Below, in pieces: positions 1-12,400 of a stretch of 64,000 nucleotides of DNA (its first letter is position 1; every line of letters starts with the position of its first letter). Both the position numbers and the translations under genes were made by a program. This DNA is from Raillietiella orientalis (taxonomy: Eukaryota), in NCBI GenBank assembly GCA_036172245.1, contig JAYWIR010000010.1, positions 2,666,001 through 2,730,000 of the forward strand. Direction: 5' to 3'. The notes under the pieces were generated by a model. It saw only the letters and a list, made by a program, of their open reading frames with translations. It did no database searches and had not been told where the DNA came from.

Positions 1-3000
1 GCATTAATAATCTGAAGATTCAGGGCATTATGTCAATCAAAACACATTCTTCAAGATCTCTCAAGATATTCTTATAATTATTATACTAAACATCAAGTAT
101 TAAACAACGTTTCATTATTTAGTAATTAATTAATAAGACACATTATATAGTATAATTTAATGACTATGTTTAATGAAATTAAGTATCAGTTTTTTCACAA
201 ATTAACATTGCAAATTGAATATAATAAAAAAAATTTGAATCTTAAATCAATAGAGTATGTGGATGGAGTTGATCTTAAGGGTGCGGAGTCTTGCTGTGGC
301 CGACAACTGGCAGGTGTCTTGGAGACAGAACTGGTGTATGAAATATGTGGTTAGCAAGAACAGATTTATTTTGCATATATTGGGGTACACACACACAAAA
401 AAAAAAAGGATCGAAAGCCGAAGTCTTCATGTCTTTCCAATCTTGTCGAGGGGACATCCCGGTTCATTCTTAAGAAGCAACGCTGTCCGATTCAAAACTG
501 CTGGAGAAGACGAGGTGCCATCTATTCCATAATCGGTTTGCACCAAGCAATTCATTGCCAAATTGCCCAAGCTCTTCCTATTGATGCTGCCGCAAGATTT
601 ACAAGCTTGATCTGCTTTTGATTTCTTATCAACTTCCCTTAATTCATTGACAAAGTTGCCAGTAATACTCCAGGGTGTGATGGATCTGATGTCCATCTAG
701 TAACTGTTTTTGTCTGCCAATGAACCCTTCATTGTGCACTTGATGTCTATCCTGAAATGGAAAGGGAGATTCAAAGTTTCGTGGAATGGCAGAATTCGAA
801 AGCTTCAAGATCAATTTCTTTTTGGTATTTCTATTTGGCAGTGGTTTATGACCACAAAACTGGTCATGTGCCTGTTATGGGGTTTATTAGTCCCATTTGC
901 TCATGGAAGGGAAACTGTAGTCTCTTCTATGCACCCTGGTTTCTCGGGAGAATGGCACACGAAAGGAGTAACATACACTTAACCCAAGGATAGACTGCGG
1001 ACTCTGGGATTTTCGAGACATCAGCAGCAGATAAAGAAAAAATTCTCATGCATGCTTTTTCGCTCGCTGTCCGCCTAAGGTCAAACAGTTGGACAGAATT
1101 ATGGGTTTCACATCAAATGGCCTACAGTGAGAGTGGGTTTAGAAAATAAGAATGCTGGCCTCCCTTTCCGTAAGGGCTTATTTCTGCAAGGCAAAGCAAG
1201 AATGCCCCTCTGTAGTACCCTAAATTCAGTTTGAGTTCGGAACCCTGATCATTCTAGATTCAGTTGATCTCCATCACTGCCGAATGGAACCGCGCAAGAT
1301 GCCCTTCGGCAAGATTCAATGGTAGCAAAAGACAGTCCTCCTACAGTGGCGAAACATGCTGGTTCCTTTTCATTGCTGGTGTGCAGTTTATTTGTCGTGT
1401 TCAGTTGAAAAGACAGGTGACTTCATTCCAAAAATTCCAGTTTTCAGAGAAATACGAATCCGGTTATGCTCATCCGGTTATATATTCAAATACGAATCCG
1501 GTCAAACATGGGCACCCTTCTGGTCAGCGTATTTTCTAGCCTAAAGTGTTTTAGGAAGCTATCAGCAAAAATGCACGTGGAAAAGCAACACTCAATATTT
1601 TCCCCATTTCCAGATTTTGGAAAGAAGACTTCAAACTTGGTGCTGTCGCGTCGTCAACACGTTATCAGCACGTAGGGATGCAATTACGCAAAACGCAAAT
1701 TCAAGGAGAACACGTGCTCACGCGAAGAGTGTCTCGTTCCTGCGAAGAAGTGCCGCTCCATGCAACGATGTGGACTACTTAGTGCCTGACCTGGGAAGAG
1801 CCATCCCGGGATTGCCTTCCGAAGGACACTCTTCCACTCTTCTCTTATATTTTAGAACCCAATGTGAAGGATTCGCTCATCACCGAGTGAGCTGTAGTGA
1901 TGGTCCGGAAACCACCAGTGAGAAATGAAATCTCTTGCCCTATTTTGAGAGTGTCAGATTGTCTTGGACCCCTTGAAACAGTGTGATACTCAACATGATT
2001 GGCATGGGTTTTTGTGGGCAGCGCACCATCAGAATGATCAGCAAGTGTTCTTCCCGCAGGTTTAGTACCAATGCAAAACGACCAAAAAAATAAAGCGGTC
2101 CCACATCAAGGTATGAAACGATGGAAACATCGCGCGTTGGCAAGAGACGAAGGTTCCTAGAGGTTAAAGAATAAGCTTCTAAGACATATCTAACATCTAA
2201 AATTTCGGGTGACAAAAGTATTCCTGATTCTAAAGTATCCTTGATAGCATATTGAATAGCGCTTCGCAGGTGGGAGAATCAGAACTCTTTGATAACAGAT
2301 GCCGTAACGATGACACTCAAAGTATTTGCAATAATGCAATCAGTAGAATGAGTGATAGAAGCAATATTATTAGTAGGTTAGAACAGAATGATGCCGATAG
2401 AATGGGTAGCGAATAAAAAGGCATCCAGAAAGGGATCGTGTTCTGCTGGAGGCCGCCCTCTCCATCCTTCCTAGGATGCTGGCAAGTTTCATCTGCACGC
2501 TCCCCAGGCGAGACCATCTGTCCGCTGTCCGCAGGAAGCGAATCACGACTTTGATGTCGCTCCTTCCGTCTCCTCTTTCGGCGTTGCCCCAGATCGTCAC
2601 AGTCCCAAAGTGAGAATAGGGAGCTTCTACTGGGAGCAGAGGAACAGAATTTGCCAGGGAGCTGAGGCGAGGCCCAACGCCGCTTAGCGGCGGAAGGGAT
2701 CGCCGCATTTCGTGGTTAAATGAAGGTCCTCATGGGGCGATGTTGAGATCAAGATGGACGACCAAGGCGCTTGATACTGCAACTGATTCGATCCCGCAGA
2801 AACAAAAGCTGCTCTCCTGAGCTTCATCTATCCCGCCAAGCTTCAGCACTGTGACTGCCTCGCAAGACGACGGGAAGGCAAGGAACGCGGACGTTAGCAA
2901 GGATGCATCAGAAACGGTGGGCATGTCAGTTGCTTCTGGATAACCTTTCTGGATAACCTCTAGACTTCATCACGGAACTGTCAGAATCGGGAGCGACCTC

Positions 3001-5886
3001 CAGCATGCACCTCAAGAAATGGACTTTGGGATGCTGATTCAGGAGGCACCAGTATGAAACACGGATTCATCTCTGGAATATTAGGAATCACAATTAAGAG
3101 GGAAGCGCATCCAGGGAAGGAAATCGAGACGAACTTGGGCTGCAGAAAATGAAGCGAAAACTGCCGGCGAGGATTTTGGCCAGGATTTTTTTTTCTCCAC
3201 TCCAGAGGGTATCCTCAGTCAGGTGTACCTGCGTGAGGGGTTATCAAATATGCAGAAGCGTTCTGTTTCATCCTGACAAGTCAAGCTTTCCATTCTCGTT
3301 AGATCCCGTTCCACTGAGGGGCAGTGGCTTCCTCTAAGAATCTTCCCTTGAGGTCTTTTGTCAAGCAGAGAATGCGTCGCTCCATCTATGGAAACCTCCA
3401 GCGAGCCGTTGTCTAGAGAGGGCGTGTCGCTTGCAGGATGACGCGCACGCATGTCCGCCGCACAGCAGACTCTCGAACGCCTTTCTGCAGCGCAGGAGAC
3501 GAGGGATCCTTCCATGGTCGTCCATCCGGCCATGAGCCACACCTCGAGATGTCCTTGTCGCCTCATGAACGACGGTGACCAGAGCTTTAGGATGTGTCTG
3601 AGATTTAAATCTGGTCCGGAATTCGGAATCTGATGCGAGTGAGCCTACAGAGAGAACGATGATTCCATTACCCTTCGAGTGCATCCTCAGAGATCGGGTC
3701 GCTCCCAAGTCTCTGTTTCTGTGGAATCGATCCTGGAAGCATGCCGTGGATTGCATTTTGAATCTCCGCGCGATTTCCCCTTTATTTCACCCGGTCACGC
3801 TGGGACGTTTATTGTAAAAAAGAATATTTACAAAAAAAACAGTCATCGAAAATATAAAAAATGTCTTCCTTCGTAGTGGCTTCACTTCACCACTGCGAAC
3901 GAAAATGCTGTATCGGGGCGCTGCTTTTCGTGAGCAGCTCCCCCGATGAGGTCCGCAAAGGAGGAGCGGGGGAAGGAGTAGACAAAAACAAAAACACACA
4001 CACACAAGAGTTTCGTTTAAAAAATGTTGCGGGGGAAGGGAAGTGATCACAGATTTTTTCCTGGCGTCCTCAGCATCCTCTGAGGGATGTTGGCAACTTT
4101 CTTCTCCTTTTGTTGGCAGCGATGTGGCCATCTTGTCGTCTTCCTCATAAAGGAGCAGACAATTACGATGATCTCATCATTCGACTGGCCTCTGTCGTCG
4201 CGGCTTCTCGCCTCCACGATCTCACGAAGGTAGCTAGGGAAACTGCAGGCGACATCGAGTCGCGCGTGAAGAGGCACAGCAAAACCTCTCTGTCGTTGCC
4301 CATCGGGAGTGGGAGGACCGTAGAGAAGCGTTCTCTGACACTCAGGAAGGCAACAAAATCCAATACAGGGGGACTGGAAGGTTCCCCGTTCCCCGAACCT
4401 GGCACAGTCTGGGGTTACACTCTCCCTTGACCAGTGGTGGACTCGTGCGTTGCATGAGATCGCCCAGTGCAACAACTGCGATGCCGAGTCCTGCCACTTC
4501 AGAGGAAGAATGGAGCTGTCCACAAGTACTGGGGGTATCTCTGCCTCTTCAGGCTGGATGTACAGGAGTTTCACCCAGAGACCAATTTTGGTGGGGATGG
4601 TGGCATGGGTAAATGCAACAGCCAGTTGACGCGCCGTCCAGCATCCCAGCTGCTTCTTTTTTCCCGCCATCTCGCAGGATACTTCCAATCTTGCAAGAGC
4701 ATCACTGTTTTCACTTTGTGGCATGGTGCCCAGCGTGGCCGCAAGTGGGGTGATCGCTCCCAGGTGGTCTTCTGTGGGCAGTCCGTGATTTCCTGCAACG
4801 AGCAGCGAGCGCAGTTTGAGAATCTCAGGCATCGTGATGGCTCCGGGTTCGTGCCGTTTCTTTTCGCCCAAGTCTGAACTGCTTCCTGTTTCCAGACACC
4901 ACAATTGCCGAGGCCACAGGAAATCCACCTGTTTTCCTGGACCAAGGCGATCATTTGCCGAAGTTGGTACCCGCACCGGAGCAGCTCTATCGGTGGCCAT
5001 GCACGAGGAACGTACCGAGTCCCTCGGCGCCGGCTGCACGTTTGGCCAGGAGTCTGACTAGGACTCACCAATGGATGGTCTAGAACTTCGCCGCTATGGT
5101 TAATCTTCTACACTGGAGCTCACGCTCCAAACTCTCCAGAGGCAGGACCCCGAGTCCGGAGTCCTTTAGGGCGCGCTTCTTCGATCGGTGGTGGAGCTGC
5201 CAGAGATCCCAATTCGGAGTCTCGGAGAGGGGAATCTCTGAAATTTGTTGTTGCAGTCCGTTTACGTCTCATGAACACAGCCTTGCTCCCCTAACTTCGA
5301 TCATGGGCTCCAGTAATGACCGAACGATCCCTGATACTATGACTTGCTGTCTCTTCCTGTTGGATGATTTGTTCGACCTGAAGCTTTGGGAAAGGCCGTG
5401 GCCGACACTGCAAAAGGATAGGATTGGTTTTGCCGTCCACATGGGTGCTGCTTTTCCGGCTGCTCCTCCATTGTAACTCGTCATGGCCAAGTTGGCGGAA
5501 ATGGAAAAGAAACGGAAACCTGGAGAGCGAACGAGACGTCTACGCCCTGTTTGACCATCTCTCTCTTGAAGGACAACGGAAAGCTGATACTTAATTGCCG
5601 GAAAAGCAGTTTGTTCTTAGTCACGCCACATTACTAATGTGATGCATTTACATTCCTAGCTACATTTTCAAATCCTATACACAGAGAAATTTGACGTTCA
5701 CTGTCAGCTGACGCGCCCGTCATGTGACCCCACGCTTCAGTACAGAGCCTCCTTGCACAGTGTGAAAGGTGAATTAAAGCAAGGAGTCTAGAAGATTCAC
5801 GAGTTCCTAAAATGACTTCTTTGAGTAGATGTTGAATGGCCTCTTTTCATTCTGGCGGCATCGCAGCTTCCGGTGAAATCTAGTTG

Positions 5887-6578
5887 TTTCTACAAGGAGA
5901 ACTTCATGGCAGAAGTTCTTGAAGCTCTTCCATGGAATCCAGTACTACTGGTTCTGCAGTCCCATGCATCGTCGGAATACCAAGTTTTGCTTGTCATCAT
6001 CAAGACGACCTCACTTCGCCTCCATCCTATCGGATGCAAGGGAGCCTGAGAGCTGCAAAAAAAGAATATCTTTCGAGGATCTCAGCCGACCATTTCCGTG
6101 CTGTGGAAGAAGGAAATCCGTTCCCCAACCAAAATGTTCCTTTCGTTGCGAGCTGAGGATTGACATCCAAACACCGAAATGTTTCATCTCCCATGAAAAT
6201 GCCTCCTCCCCCAAGGTATCTCTTCAACGTGTCGCTGGACCGTGGAAGCTCGACCGATCCCTTTCTCAGCTCGTCAAGCTGCCGAACGCTTTTTGTTCTG
6301 CGGTGATGACGAAGGCCACTTCTCGTGTTATTTTGGGATCCGCTAAGCGCAGGAAGAGGGGCAAAAAACAAAAAAGAAACGAATGCGTAGAACAACTGGA
6401 TTTCCGTATCAGCCAAGATCTTTAAATGGTTGCGTAGGTAGCACAACTGATTCTGGGAATTGCAGCTGTGCACGTATGACCGCGACATCTTGAACTTCTT
6501 AGTCGTTCTAGTTTCTCCAAGGAGAGCTTCATGGCAGAAGTTCTCGAAGCTCTTCCATGGAATCCAATGCTGCTAGTT
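5887..6578 (+). repeat. ~65 bp dispersed direct repeat pair (about 5887-5953 and 6512-6578)
   Basis: TTTCT(A/C)CAAGGAGA(A/G)CTTCATGGCAGAAGTTCT(T/C)GAAGCTCTTCCATGGAATCCA occurs twice about 625 bp apart, with about 7 mismatches over the aligned length. Confidence 0.85.
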
Positions 6579-7717
6579 TCGTTCTAGTTTTATTGAGGGA
6601 AAATAGGGAGAGTCTGAGGGGTTTCCGAGTGCCCATTGTGCGTAGAAAATCAGAGACTCCTACAAGCAGTCATTTTTTTCCCTCGCCCAATAATCCGAGG
6701 GAAGCTGCATCGATACCTCAGGTTGAAATGGCTTGCCCAAAGATTTTTTCATTCTTTTCAAAGAAGAAGGAGTTTTCCTTGATTTTGGTGAACACAAGCT
6801 GCTGATCTGCTAGCAAGGAGATGATATGCCTCATGAACTTACAGTAATGCAATTTCCGAATCTTCCGACAGGGAACTGCTTTCTTTTGCAGCGGAGACTC
6901 TCCATCGGCTATTCTGTGATCTCAGTGGGGCTTTTCCCTAAAACTCTGGACATCCCTCCTCATCTTTTATGGAAATATTAGAGAGTGAGGAGTTCCGTGT
7001 AACACTTTCATATAGTACTGGTTAACTATTCAGAATAAATAAGCTATATTGGCCAAATGTCAAAACGTATGAAAAGTATCTTCAAAAAGAGAAGTAAACA
7101 AACGCGCCACAAACATGTCACAGTTCCATAGAACACAGTTGAGTATCGGAACGCTGGAAATACTTGCATTGGATTAAATTGCTTTATTACTTGAGTATAA
7201 CTGTTTGATATTGGGCACATCACCACTAATTACATTCATACTCACATCGACGTCAGCATATCAGGAGACTCATTTAACGACTCGAAGAAAGAAAAGTTTA
7301 AAGTACCGGGCTGAATATCAAAGGGAAACATAGTTTATAATTTCAACGAAAAAGACGGAAGCCCTGAGTTTGGGAAAATAATGCATATTAATAACCAGGC
7401 ATTTAGCGGAAAGCATCACAAAGCATTGAAGAGTGAAAGCAGATACTCCAGTAAAATTGATTTGAAATCGCTGTTCTTATAGAAATCAGTTTTGAAACAA
7501 TAGTTATTTTTTAGCTTCAAATTAAAGACATTTGCACGCTGGTTACAAACTCAGAAGCTAGAGGGTGATTGCCAAGAGATGTGCTAAAGATTGCGAACTT
7601 GCTATCAAGAAGATGCTTCAACAGGTGCAAGCTTGTGAAGGTTCGAGAAACTTGCTTTCCCTGAAGGCTTATAATCATTGAATTTTGTCTGTCACTGAAA
7701 ACCAATGCCGCCCCAGC

Positions 7718-7798
7718 TCAGGTTTCAGCGTCACACTCACAACTGTGTGAATGTTGTGATATAAGAGTAACTTTCACCAAAAAGGGTGTCATCCCAGT
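7718..7798. repeat. Fragment resembling a Wolbachia intergenic palindromic repeat
   Basis: Contains CAGCGTCAC...ACAACTGT...GGGTGTCATCCCAGT. GTGTCATCCCAGT matches my recollection of the start of the common Wolbachia repeat (TGTCATCCCAGTG...CACTGGGATCC). It is truncated where the IS630 fragment begins. Confidence 0.6.
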
Positions 7799-7954
7799 CT
7801 CAAAAAAGTAAACTATACACAAAAAAAATTTTTTCTCTACCAGGAAAGGGATGAAGAAAAACGCAAGGAATTTATAAAAAAAAGTAGCGAAAATAAAAGA
7901 AGATTTAGTATTTATAGACGAATCAGGCATAGAAGACAATGAATTTTATGCAGG
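7796..7954 (+). mobile_element. Bacterial IS630-family transposase fragment (frameshifted, truncated at both ends)
   Basis: Translates as SLKKVNYTQKKFFLYQERDEEKRKEFIKK, then after one extra A in the A-run at ~7876-7883 as VAKIKEDLVFIDESGIEDNEFYAG. This is the typical IS630 linker (Y-x-ERDEEKR) plus the first catalytic Asp motif (F/Y)IDESG. No inverted repeats are visible. Confidence 0.85.
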
Positions 7955-7961
7955 TCTGTAG

Positions 7962-8020
7962 TTTACATTAAAATTTTATTTTATATTATTGTAAGTATTA
8001 CGCAACTTTAGAGGACGATT
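7962..8020 (+). promoter_or_regulatory. Bacterial-type sigma70 promoter-like and Shine-Dalgarno-like sequence upstream of the dcd fragment
   Basis: TTTACA (7962-7967), a 16 nt spacer, TATTAT (7984-7989), then GAGG at 8011-8014 six nt before the ATG at 8021. The DNA is AT-rich, so the promoter match could be chance. Confidence 0.4.
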
Positions 8021-8110
8021 ATGGCGGTTATGCCGGATAAATGGAGAAAAGAAAAGGCTGAAAACTTTGGAATGATAGAGCCTTTTGTGGATCACAAAGA
8101 TTGTTTTTGA
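8021..8110 (+). pseudogene. dcd: 5' fragment of a Rickettsiales/Wolbachia-type dCTP deaminase
   Basis: [26 protein letters not shown] (8021-8098), then DCF and a stop. It matches the Dcd N-terminal pattern M-x-x-M-(S/P)-D-K-W-I...MIEPF as I recall it for Wolbachia. The conserved SYGYD motif that should follow is absent. Confidence 0.75.
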
Positions 8111-9381
8111 AGATTGTTGATTATACTTTCCTTATATTCATTACATAATTTTACAAGTCATTGAACTCTGTCTGTTACTGAAAACTACCGCAAACACGCT
8201 CTTTATCAACATCAAAGGCATTATTCTGTCGAGACATGGAGTTTGCAAGTTCAAGATTCCTTGTACCATTTGTAGCACTCTGATTCAAGGAAAAGCTTGT
8301 GTTACCGTAGGCGAAGTATTTTCATTTTTTAAAATCAATTGAGAATCACAATTCAGTCATGGAAACATAGCAAATAGACTGTTTGCGTGATTATAAACAC
8401 TTGTGAATTGAATTGTGAACAAAGGTAGTACTACTTGTGGAACCAGAAACAGTTTTCTTAGACTTCCCAATACTCCAACGTTCACTTGGTAGATGGGAAT
8501 AGTATCATTTGCTACAAACATCCGAAATTCGCGGGAGAGAATTCATATTAAAAACAGTAATAGTTTACATTTTGACTAATATAACGGGTAAACTGATAAT
8601 TCTGATCACTGTGAGACTGGATGCTCAATCACAATCAAACGACAATTTTCAATAGTCTCTCAAGTGAAAATATGTACCTTGGCTATCGAAGATATATCTC
8701 CACTATTCATGCAAAATTTTGCAGCATCTGGAATCCACACTTCCAAATGTATCTTTAAGGCTTTTTAAATTTGATTGTAATATCATCAGCCAAATCGCCA
8801 CTTGAAAGCCGGTCTTGTTTTTAGAATAACTTGATTCCTTTGTGCTATTCCTTTGTGTAATAGCTGGAACCCAGAGCCACTGACTAATTGGCAACAAGAA
8901 ATCCTAAAAGCAATCATTTACTCTATTAGATTGATCAGGATGAATCATTGAAAAGCCTCTTTCCAGAAAAAAGGGGGTTCAATGAAGTTTTGAAAGGCTC
9001 ATGATATCAATTTTCCGAGGCTGAATCTCGTATCTAATAGAAAGCTTGATTTCTTTGTGTAATGTCAAATCCATTTTATGTTATTCTCGCTACTACTTTA
9101 GGCATATAGGATCTGTTGTTTTCCTTTCATGCTCATCGTTCAGGCAAGTGCATTTTCCTGATAGATGTTGCGTGAGTGGAACTGAGTACCCCTGAGTTCC
9201 GTGCAGGAAGCGACCATATCGTAAATCTTACAGTCTTCTGAGTGCACTTGTGAACATGCGGTGGTGGTAATTAAGAAAGTTTTTTGGAATAAGCTCCGTA
9301 TCTAAATGGTAATCTCAGCGTTGGTTGTCATAACTTTTATGATCTTGGAACTTATGTATATGTAAAGTTTGACCTAGCACA

Positions 9382-9453
9382 ATGAAACTAGATGTGTTAT
9401 GGAAATATCCCTATCTAGCAGAAGATCAACTACATGGATTTGATAATTACACA
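9382..9453 (+). CDS. EPT1: EPT1 coding exon 1
   Basis: [24 protein letters not shown] followed by a GTAAGT donor at 9454. Confidence 0.9.
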
Positions 9454-12400
9454 GTAAGTTTTTTGTTTGGACAGTTTTGAAGTTAAACAGCGCGCGATGA
9501 AAGAAAGCGACTGTTTTTTAAAACAATGCATGCTCATTAAGCAAAATTATCCTTGTTATTTGTCGTTTGTTTAAACAGTTTTTTAAGATCAAAAACAACA
9601 CTGGGCGTAAGCATTCGTAATTCGCGATTTGTTATTTTATTTAAGATGCCATGATTTCTTGCGTTGTTTCATTTACTCATTGGATTACCTCTTTTAGTAC
9701 AATTGCCGAGACACAAATCCATTAGGTAAATATATATGCCATCCATATTGGAATTTTGTTGTGAAAGTAAGTAATAAGTTCTTTTACTTAATTGTTCTAA
9801 AGCTTTCAAACTCTTAATGTTCGAAACTGTTTTTGAAAAGCTGAAGCAAATATAGCTCTTTTTTTCTCCGTGTGAGTGTCATTTTATTAGTTTTCATACA
9901 ATAATTTGATGTAAATAAATTTTCAATAAAATGAAATGTGAAACGTTTATGCGTATGATCTCATAAGTATTATTTCTGTTTTTAGATTTATTCTATTCTT
10001 GCACTTAGATTTATTCTTGAAATGGGCAATTACAAATACAGTATTAATACTGTATTTGTAATTCTCATATAATGATACAAACAGACAAGTCCTCTGTGTA
10101 TACTTTGCATTAACTTTATGCACTTATTCCAAAAGTATAACCTTTTATCAAGTGATTAGGTACTTGTGTGGAATCAGCATGATGAAATGGTAGTCAGTAA
10201 TGTCTTGAACTTTTTTTGCATAGAGAGTAAGGTAACAGTTTTTGTAGCATTTTTGTTTTGGCAGTAGTATCATGACCCAGTATTGGGAAAGTCCTTTTTC
10301 TGTCTTTCTTTATAGACAACATGACATTCAGAATCATTTATTTATACTTCAGAAACTAATGTATAGTGCAATGTGTCTCTCAATCCCAACTTATGTGGTT
10401 TCTTGTTTGAAACTTTTGTTACTGTAGCTTTGGTTTCTTGTAAGCTTGTCATAGAATCTTCTAAAATATTGAATCTTTGTATAAGATGCGTTCAGCTTAA
10501 TAAATAAATAACCCATTTGTAGTGCTTTTAAGACATACAGTGGATAGGACAACCAGTGTATGTCATTTTTGTGGCTCATCAACTTGTGACTACTTTGGAA
10601 CTACCTTGATCAGTTCCAAGGTAGAGTAATTATTTGGTCTTTTCCCATTTTAGATTTAGTGCAGTAAATTTATTGTGTATCTTCCAAAGATCCAAACACT
10701 GTGATGTTTCTTAGGTAGATAGCTAGGTATAATTCTTTTTATGTGAGTCAGATTTCTTATATGGATGACTACATTTCTGACTGGTTTTATCCAATACAAG
10801 AGGTCAAATCAAAATGTATTTTATTACTATATGCCTCCACATTCACTTTGTCATATAACTAACAAATTGTCTATTTCTCGCAAGTCTGGCACTTACATGA
10901 AGCACATTAGTGCTTAGTTTGCTCACCTGTTGCATAAATTTGTACACTAATCAGTTTGTTGTTGACTTCATAGTAAACAATGTTAAAGCACATTTTAAGA
11001 TACTGAAGTACTTTTCATCTTCAGTTTATTTTACATTTTCACTGAAGATATTTTTTCAGTTTTCTTTTGGTTTTAGCAACCTGTTGCCCCAAATGTATGG
11101 TACATAAGTATTTCATAATGAAAAGGTTCTTCAAGTGAGTTGCTAGTGCTGACATGTTTCTAAATTTATGTTGCCTTTGCAGTGGCTGTGTTCTTGGGTA
11201 ACTTTCCTGGGTCCATACATAAAAATTGTGTTTCCAAGCTCCAAAAATTTTCTTTTCTCTGTTAAGTTGATGAACATATTAGTACCAGGTTATACTTTTG
11301 TATGGTAATATTTTTATACATTTGTTTGTTATTTGTCATCCCACTTTCAGGTATGCTTGGCTAGCATTTCCTGTTTACGTAATCATCTTCACTAACAATT
11401 TTACTTACATCATTACATAATCACTTCATTTGAAAAAAAAAGTGATTATATGTATCCTTTTGCTGCACAGTTAGCTTAACTTTATGAAGTGCCCCCTGCT
11501 ACATAAGACAGCTTTCTGTGGGCTCTTTTTCTGGTTGTTCTGACAACAACACAGTTAGAATTAAGTTTGAAGGTGCATGCACTTAATGAGTTAAATGATT
11601 TTGGTTTTTATCATTTTTTGTCATCATTAGGTCCATTTCCTTATTACCAAATGTATTTGTTTTGAACACAAAAGCCCATAGTCCATTAGTTTGTTGTGAT
11701 AAAATAAAATTTGGAATCCCAATCTCCATTTTATTGCCATTTGTGGTTTTCCCTTAAAATGAACTCGATGTTATACGTTTTAATGAAAACAGTGTTTGCA
11801 ATTATAGAAAACCTTTTTATATCTGCATATCTTGCATCTAGTTGACTGATGTTCTGTTGACCTGTAAGAGAGCAAATTACTTTTATGGTTGTTTTTTGAT
11901 TCTCAGATAGCATAATGCTGCAGGCATGGTACAATAAATAAATAAATATGGACTTTAAATGTGACAGTACTAATTTTTTGTTTTTACCATTACAGAATAC
12001 ATTATTTACATGTTACATTTTTGTATTAATCACATATTTGCAGTATATGTGGGTTCCTTTTTCTGAGCTTTAATTTACAAGCCAAACTGATGTCTATCTC
12101 AAATTATGGTACCTCATCCCTGTCATGATGTGGCAAATATATGTTTCTATGTTTCTCTTCCAAAAATTTTTCCTAAAGTCGTAAAGTTTTTAAGGGACAT
12201 CTAACAATAAAAAAAATTATGTAAAACACACAGGTGATTCATAGAGATGAAACAAATGAAAAATAAAAAAGAGAACTAATTTAAAAGTGGTAATGCACAC
12301 ACATGGAGTTTTGATAAATGATACAGTGTGAGTGACTGACTTGATTATGATTTTCATATATAGGATATATTACTTAATTTGGTTTAATATATTTGATTCA

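Noticed and set aside
10179..10290. Intronic ATGATGA as a C/D snoRNA C box
   Set aside because: No appropriately placed CTGA D box or terminal stem.
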